Shown here piece after piece: positions 6,607 through 11,124 of a stretch of DNA of 11,124 nucleotides. The stretch is from Bacteriovoracia bacterium (GTDB lineage: Bacteria; Bdellovibrionota; UBA1018; JBFWNL01): the NCBI GenBank assembly GCA_050251055.1, contig JBFWNL010000018.1, forward strand, positions 1 through 11,124, read 5' to 3'. The notes under the pieces are model-generated. The model ran no database searches. It had not been told where the DNA came from and saw nothing but the letters and a program-made list of their open reading frames with translations. The position numbers and the translations under genes were made by a program. Every line of letters begins with the position of its first letter. Position 1 is the stretch's first letter.

Positions 6607-7389
6607 ATGAGCATTGAGGCCAGACTTGCCGAAATCGAAAGGAATGCCGACGCACGCGCCGCGCAGGCCGGGTCGGCAAAACCGCAGGTTTCGCAGTATC
6701 TCAATCAAAGGGGCCTCACGGGTCGCCCGCGCATCCTTCAGCTTGAAGCTGAAGGCGCAAAGCTCAATGACACCAACTGGGTGTATTCCTGGCTTGCTGA
6801 GGCGGGCCTGGGTGGTGGTTCTCAATACAGCTTTGTCAGCCCGATCCAAGGTGGATTTGCCCGCTCGCAGCTTATCGCTAAGGTCGCGCGCCCGCTCATT
6901 GTCGAGCGCGGTTGGAACATCTGGGACACGCGCGACTATCTGGACGCGCTTCAGCAGAAGTACAATGAGTACGGCGTCTTTGACGGCATAAAAGACTTTG
7001 CCACAAGCGCTCCCGGCGCGATCGTCTTGGGCGTAGCTACGGCCGGGATCGCAGGCGCGGCGCTTGGCGGAGCTGCGGCCGCTACCGGAGGATCGGGCGG
7101 GTCGGGTCCGGCCGGGATCAACCTCAGTTCCGCGACTTCGAATCTCTCGGAACAGATTCCGAAAGCCCTTGGATCGATCACGGCCGATATCGTCAAGATC
7201 GCGCTCCCGCAACCCCAAAAGGTCGCAAGCCTGGTTCCGACGGGCGGCGCGGGCGTCACGGGTACCACCGGCTCGGGCGGCGCGCAGCTTGACCCGGCTA
7301 CCGGACAACCCCTAAACTCAGGTCTCATGCCTGGGATCATCGTTGGCGTCGCGATCCTCGCGGCGTACCTCATCGCACGGAGAAAATGA
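6607..7389 (+). CDS. Gly/Ala-rich, C-terminally anchored membrane protein (possible DNA delivery protein), 260 aa
   Basis: GAGGAG RBS before ATG 6607; internal hydrophobic AIVLGVATAGIAGAALGG; terminal GIIVGVAILAAYLIARRK. Confidence 0.75.
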   Translation: MSIEARLAEIERNADARAAQAGSAKPQVSQYLNQRGLTGRPRILQLEAEGAKLNDTNWVYSWLAEAGLGGGSQYSFVSPIQGGFARSQLIAKVARPLIVERGWNIWDTRDYLDALQQKYNEYGVFDGIKDFATSAPGAIVLGVATAGIAGAALGGAAAATGGSGGSGPAGINLSSATSNLSEQIPKALGSITADIVKIALPQPQKVASLVPTGGAGVTGTTGSGGAQLDPATGQPLNSGLMPGIIVGVAILAAYLIARRK

Positions 7390-7390
7390 A

Positions 7391-7654
7391 ATGAGCTGGT
7401 ACACTGACTTTCGCGATTCGACCCTCAGTCAACTCGGTCTTGGCACCGGCTCTGAAGCCGTGAAAACGCTTTCGACGGTCGCCAAAAACGCGATCGGCAC
7501 GAATAACGTCACGCAAGAACCGCCGCAGGTTCAGGCCAACCCGCTGAATCCTTCCACGTGGACCATGCCCGCGCAGATCGCCGGTATCTCGCTCCCTGTG
7601 CTCGCACTCATCGCAGGCGGCGCGTATTTCCTGTTTCGCAAGAAAGGTCGGTAA
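7391..7654 (+). CDS. Small C-terminally anchored virion membrane protein, 87 aa
   Basis: GGAG RBS, ATG 7391; terminal TM ISLPVLALIAGGAYFLF followed by RKKGR. Confidence 0.8.
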   Translation: MSWYTDFRDSTLSQLGLGTGSEAVKTLSTVAKNAIGTNNVTQEPPQVQANPLNPSTWTMPAQIAGISLPVLALIAGGAYFLFRKKGR

Positions 7655-7657
7655 CCC

Positions 7658-8389
7658 ATGAGTGATCCCCGGATTGCGGCCTACGTGGGGCAACTCACGA
7701 CGCGCAAGGAAATCTCAGACGCTAAGCAGCTTGACCGCGCGGCCGATATTCGGCGTCGTAGCGACGAGCGCCCTGCCTCCATGCAGCGCATCGTTCTCAC
7801 GGCAGATCAGCTCGCTACGGCCGCAAGCGAGGGGAATCCGTATAAGATCCCGTTCCCCTTCAACTCGTTTCACGTCGAGTCGGCAACTGACCAGACGGTT
7901 GAAGTTCGTCTCTCGCCCGACGATCAGTCGGTCCGATCGATCGCAAATTACAAGACTCTCAAGCTCAACGACTCAGGCGTCTTCACTGAAGTTCTCTCAG
8001 GCGGCTACCTGACTTGGGCCGCGCAAGCCGGAAAGACGATGACCATCGTCTTTTTTGTGGACGTGGATTGGCGTTCGGGCTCGCAGCTCTCTCTCACGGC
8101 GGGCGGCATCTCGATCTCGGACGGATCAGCCGTTGCGACTTCGGTCGTGACGCTTGCAGCGGCAGCGGCTACCGTGCTTTTTGCGGCCGACAGTACGCGC
8201 AAGCTCGGAACCTGGATCAACGACACGGGCATTACGCAGTACATCGGACCCGCGACCGTGACTGCAACCGGAGCTACCAAAGGTATGCCGGTCGCACCAG
8301 GCGCAGTGATCGAGTGGCGCAATACGGCGGCGCTCTATGCATTCAATACCGGCGCGGCGTTTGACACCGTTGCCATGAGCGAAAGCTAA
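7658..8389 (+). CDS. Putative vertex (penton/spike-base) protein, two beta-rich domains
   Basis: 243 aa, no clear TM helix, alternating beta-strand pattern, in structural operon; function inferred. Confidence 0.55.
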   Translation: MSDPRIAAYVGQLTTRKEISDAKQLDRAADIRRRSDERPASMQRIVLTADQLATAASEGNPYKIPFPFNSFHVESATDQTVEVRLSPDDQSVRSIANYKTLKLNDSGVFTEVLSGGYLTWAAQAGKTMTIVFFVDVDWRSGSQLSLTAGGISISDGSAVATSVVTLAAAAATVLFAADSTRKLGTWINDTGITQYIGPATVTATGATKGMPVAPGAVIEWRNTAALYAFNTGAAFDTVAMSES

Positions 8390-8400
8390 AAGGAGTACGT

Positions 8401-8874
8401 ATGCCCGGTTTCACTTATCCGAGCGCCGTTTCAAGCCTTATCGTCGGCGGACGCGTTTTTACAGAGGTCGACCAGCTTATCAACTTGGTTGGCTACCAGT
8501 CAGGCGCTACGAATATCCGCGCAACTTTTAGAAAAACGAATGGAAGCGCAGGATATAAAGTGCCGGTGGGCAAATCCTTTCGTGTCATGGCCTGGGAGTA
8601 TAACAATCAGGATCAGAACGTGGCCGATGGCCTTGCGCTTTGTTATACAGACAATGACGTGGGAATAAACACTTCGACAGCATTTACAAATCCCGTCTGG
8701 TTAGGCGGCGACGCGTCTGCGGCGGCAGTTTCAACGCGAGGAGTACAAAAGCCCGCACTTCAAAATCAGAGTGGAGCTATTGAGTTTTTAGTGCCCGCAG
8801 GGAAATTCATTAGTATGCAAGGCGCTGCTACCGCAGAAGTTAGATGGGTCAGGCTTTGGGGCAAGGAAATATAG
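8401..8874 (+). CDS. Putative spike/receptor-binding protein, 157 aa
   Basis: AAGGAG RBS; beta-rich with repeated VPxGK motif (YKVPVGKSF, LVPAGKFI); lower GC than neighbours. Confidence 0.55.
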   Translation: MPGFTYPSAVSSLIVGGRVFTEVDQLINLVGYQSGATNIRATFRKTNGSAGYKVPVGKSFRVMAWEYNNQDQNVADGLALCYTDNDVGINTSTAFTNPVWLGGDASAAAVSTRGVQKPALQNQSGAIEFLVPAGKFISMQGAATAEVRWVRLWGKEI

Positions 8875-9357
8875 ATGGCAGGTCGCGATACGGGAATTCA
8901 CCACCTCCGCACCTACTGGTGGAATCTCACGCCCATGAGCGTTTTGGGCCTGACTTCATTCCAAGACGCGCTCGCCTACTATGATCGCAAGTCGCCGGAA
9001 TTCGTGAAATCCATTGGGGATATCGCGGCCGGGATTCAGCAGACCAAAGTCAAAGAGGCGTTCGCCAAGGTCGCCAAAGAGAACGGCTCAGGCTACCCGG
9101 CCGTGGGCGCGTTCTACGATGCGCTCTCGGCGGGCGTCAGGACGATCTCCTCGCGCGACGTGAAGGATATCGCAGCCGGGACCGTCTCAGACATCGGTTC
9201 GGCCGCCGCCTGGGGCCTAGGTGGCCTTGTGACGCTCGCCTTGATCGGCGGGGTAGCCTACCTCGCCATCATGAGCGGCGGGGTTTCCAAGGGCCTAAAA
9301 GCGGGTGCCACGGGTGCCAGAAAGCGCATCGCGCCGATGCGACGCGCGCGTGCCTAG
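8875..9357 (+). CDS. Membrane protein with C-proximal TM helix and basic tail
   Basis: Starts immediately after the previous stop (alternative ATG 8935); WGLGGLVTLALIGGVAYLAIM hydrophobic segment. Confidence 0.75.
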   Translation: MAGRDTGIHHLRTYWWNLTPMSVLGLTSFQDALAYYDRKSPEFVKSIGDIAAGIQQTKVKEAFAKVAKENGSGYPAVGAFYDALSAGVRTISSRDVKDIAAGTVSDIGSAAAWGLGGLVTLALIGGVAYLAIMSGGVSKGLKAGATGARKRIAPMRRARA

Positions 9358-9374
9358 CTGGTCTTTGGGGGCTT

Positions 9375-9935
9375 ATGCCTAACTGGTTGGTCCCTTTAGG
9401 CGCGGTCGCCGTGGGATTGGCTCTCACGCGCGACGCGAGCGGGTCTGATGGCTCGTCAACCGATCCGTTCATGCGATGGGACACTCAGATTCGCCAGGCC
9501 GCGCAGAAGCACCGAGTGCCATGGCGCTGGATTAAGGCCGTCATGATGAACGAATCGAACCTGGGGCGAGCTCCGAGTGTGGCGCGGGGCCTGGCGTTCC
9601 CGGCCGATATCGACGGGTCGAAATCGTCGGACGGCAAGTCCTGGGGCCTGATGCAAGTCACCCTGCCCACCGCGCGCGAGATGCGGCCGGGAACGACCGA
9701 AGCCGACTTGAATAATCCGGCGATCTCGATTGACCTAGGCGCGCAGTACCTGGCCAAGATGATCGCCCGCTTTGGCCTCTCGAATCGCGATTCAGTGGCT
9801 CGCGCCTATAACGGCGGGCCGGGGTTCATGCAAAGCGAGCGCGGCCGAACGATGACCGCGCAGTACCTGGAGAAGTTTCTGAAAAACCTTGCCGAAGTCC
9901 AAAAACGCCAACCTGGCCCAGAACTGGAGTATTGA
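9375..9935 (+). CDS. Lytic transglycosylase (SLT/GH23-like) with N-terminal hydrophobic anchor
   Basis: AVMMNES (catalytic Glu), GLMQV and AYNGGPG motifs; N-terminal WLVPLGAVAVGLAL. Confidence 0.93.
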   Translation: MPNWLVPLGAVAVGLALTRDASGSDGSSTDPFMRWDTQIRQAAQKHRVPWRWIKAVMMNESNLGRAPSVARGLAFPADIDGSKSSDGKSWGLMQVTLPTAREMRPGTTEADLNNPAISIDLGAQYLAKMIARFGLSNRDSVARAYNGGPGFMQSERGRTMTAQYLEKFLKNLAEVQKRQPGPELEY

Positions 9936-9937
9936 CC

Positions 9938-10189
9938 ATGCTGCCCATTCTTTTGACCGCTTTGCCCGCTTTGATCGGTGTTTCCGAAAAACTGTTTCCC
10001 GGCACGCCCGATGCACCTAAACGTGGGGCGGAGAAAAAGAGCTACGTGCTTCGAATGCTCGAAATCGCGTGGGATGTGTGCGTTGAGCGCAATATCATCC
10101 CGGACGCGATCAAGGGACACAAGGACGTGGCCCTTGCCATTCTCTCCAAAGCGATCGATGAGACGGTTGAGGCTCTGAAAAAGAAATGA
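9938..10189 (+). CDS. Putative holin (LL-H-like pattern), 83 aa
   Basis: GGAG RBS, hydrophobic N-terminus, EKLF...GAEKK..V and IDETVEALK pattern recalling LL-H family holins; adjacent to transglycosylase. Confidence 0.5.
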   Translation: MLPILLTALPALIGVSEKLFPGTPDAPKRGAEKKSYVLRMLEIAWDVCVERNIIPDAIKGHKDVALAILSKAIDETVEALKKK

Positions 10190-10461
10190 GCCAGTGGCCG
10201 GAATGGTTAGGCCCCGCCGCCGTCGCCCTGTTTCTTGGGCGCGAGATCCTCGATTTCCTTAAGGGCCGCGTTAAGATGGCTAGTGATGATCTCACTCGCC
10301 TCTCTAGCCAAGTCGAGATACTCGGCATCCATATTGAAAACCTCAAAGCTACCGTCCAGCTCACCCAAAAGCTGGGAACCGACGTAAACGTTTTGTTTGA
10401 GAGATTGAGAAACATCGAAGGTCGGGTTGGGAAATCCAGTGGTCATGAGATTAGCTCCTAA
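10186..10461 (+). CDS. N-anchored coiled-coil protein, possible lysis accessory
   Basis: ATGA overlap with the upstream gene; N-terminal hydrophobic stretch followed by heptad repeats. Confidence 0.65.
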   Translation: MSQWPEWLGPAAVALFLGREILDFLKGRVKMASDDLTRLSSQVEILGIHIENLKATVQLTQKLGTDVNVLFERLRNIEGRVGKSSGHEISS

Positions 10462-10796
10462 AGTGGATCGAGGGCTTCCATGCCGCGAAGCCTGCGCATG
10501 TGAATTGGAGTGCCGTCGCGCGTGTTCATCCGATAATACTGATGGGGCAAGGTTTTCACCGCACCCGGCTTGCACTCCACGACTTTCCATTCAGTCGGGG
10601 TTGGCTGAATTTGATCATCGCCAAGCCCAAAAGCGTGAATCGGGAAATAGAGATGGATTATGCACTCGAAATAGACAATCGACGTGCCTTCGTTTCTCCA
10701 GTGCATCGGGGTTAGGTTGCGGTCGCCGAGTGGAAGCTCGCTTTTGTTTAGCTCGCCTAGGTCTAAGACGCGGGTTTTGTTTTTTAGGATGTGCAT
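10458..10796 (-). CDS. Hypothetical early protein, 112 aa
   Basis: Overlaps the end of the upstream minus-strand ORF; stop interlocks with the + strand stop at 10459-10461. Confidence 0.65.
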   Translation of the reverse strand: MHILKNKTRVLDLGELNKSELPLGDRNLTPMHWRNEGTSIVYFECIIHLYFPIHAFGLGDDQIQPTPTEWKVVECKPGAVKTLPHQYYRMNTRDGTPIHMRRLRGMEALDPL

Positions 10797-11023
10797 GGTT
10801 TGGCCGTCGTTTCTACGATTGTCTCAAGCTGCGCGGTGGTGACGATTTCTCGCATGGTGCGCGAAAAGCGAGCAAGTGGAAGGCACGCAGAATGCCCGCA
10901 CTTTCCGCCACATTTCTCAGCATCTATAGCAGCGAGAATAAGGCCCGGTTCATTGGTCAGTTCATGAATCGCGTCAATGAACTTTTCGTAAATGGAATCA
11001 GTAAACTTCAACTTGTGTTTCAT
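10784..11023 (-). CDS. Hypothetical early protein, 79 aa, with Cys/His cluster
   Basis: ATG follows the -10 box of the right-end promoter after 7 intervening nt; CGGKCGHSAC motif. Confidence 0.7.
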   Translation of the reverse strand: MKHKLKFTDSIYEKFIDAIHELTNEPGLILAAIDAEKCGGKCGHSACLPLARFSRTMREIVTTAQLETIVETTAKPCTS

Positions 11024-11030
11024 GCCTAGC

Positions 11031-11059
11031 AGGCTAGCGCGCCTGCGGCTCTAAGGCAA
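11031..11059 (-). promoter_or_regulatory. Right early sigma70-type promoter (leaderless)
   Basis: On minus strand TTGCCT (11059-11054), 17-nt spacer, TAGCCT (11036-11031). Confidence 0.72.
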
Positions 11060-11124
11060 CCCCACGCCGCGTTACCGCTCCGGCCGGGATCATTTTTGGA
11101 TCCAAATAGAATACCGTACTTGTC
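11056..11124 (-). repeat. Right inverted terminal repeat (truncated by window or assembly end)
   Basis: Exact reverse complement of 18..86; the match runs to the last base of the window. Confidence 0.98.

Larger units (their letters stand above)
1..11124. mobile_element. Near-complete linear genome of a tectivirus/autolykivirus-like tailless phage
   Basis: ITRs at both ends, protein-primed PolB, packaging ATPase, ~380 aa capsid-like protein with internal duplication, lytic transglycosylase and many small membrane proteins; gene order resembles PRD1. Confidence 0.92.

Noticed and set aside
5088-7308. Long minus-strand ORFs (5088..5603, 5616..6281, 6580..7308)
   Set aside because: Antisense shadows expected from the strong codon bias of GC-rich structural genes
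5660-10160. Frequent CGATCG/GATC as cyanobacterial HIP1 host signal
   Set aside because: The full GCGATCGC octamer was not seen enriched; occurrences are explained by ATC/GAT codon use
10427-11029. 200-aa + strand ORF
   Set aside because: Cys/Arg-rich shadow of two minus-strand genes that have their own promoter; no RBS
1-11124. Casposon, pipolin, Polinton or linear plasmid interpretation
   Set aside because: No Cas1, tyrosine recombinase or retroviral-type integrase and no target-site duplication visible; capsid, packaging and peptidoglycan-lysis genes indicate a phage

Overview
The window is an essentially complete ~11.1 kb linear dsDNA genome of a tailless, probably internal-membrane bacteriophage of the PRD1/Bam35/autolykivirus type (double-jelly-roll capsid, protein-primed replication). 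It is bounded by perfect inverted terminal repeats: 69 bp are visible, and the right end appears clipped by 17 nt. On the + strand the order is putative terminal protein, protein-primed family B DNA polymerase, SSB-like protein, small assembly/membrane proteins, FtsK/HerA-type (P9-like) packaging ATPase, small membrane peptide, double-jelly-roll major capsid protein, tail-anchored membrane proteins, vertex/spike proteins, lytic transglycosylase and holin-like genes. A two-gene minus-strand unit runs inward from the right ITR. No integrase or transposase is visible. Unusual points are two dual-coding regions, a protamine-like terminal-protein N-terminus, a membrane protein with an AT-hook, promoters whose -35 boxes define the ITR boundary, three small membrane ORFs missing from the ORF track, and strong RNA hairpins on both sides of the capsid gene. 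All assignments come from motifs and gene order read by eye; no database search was run.
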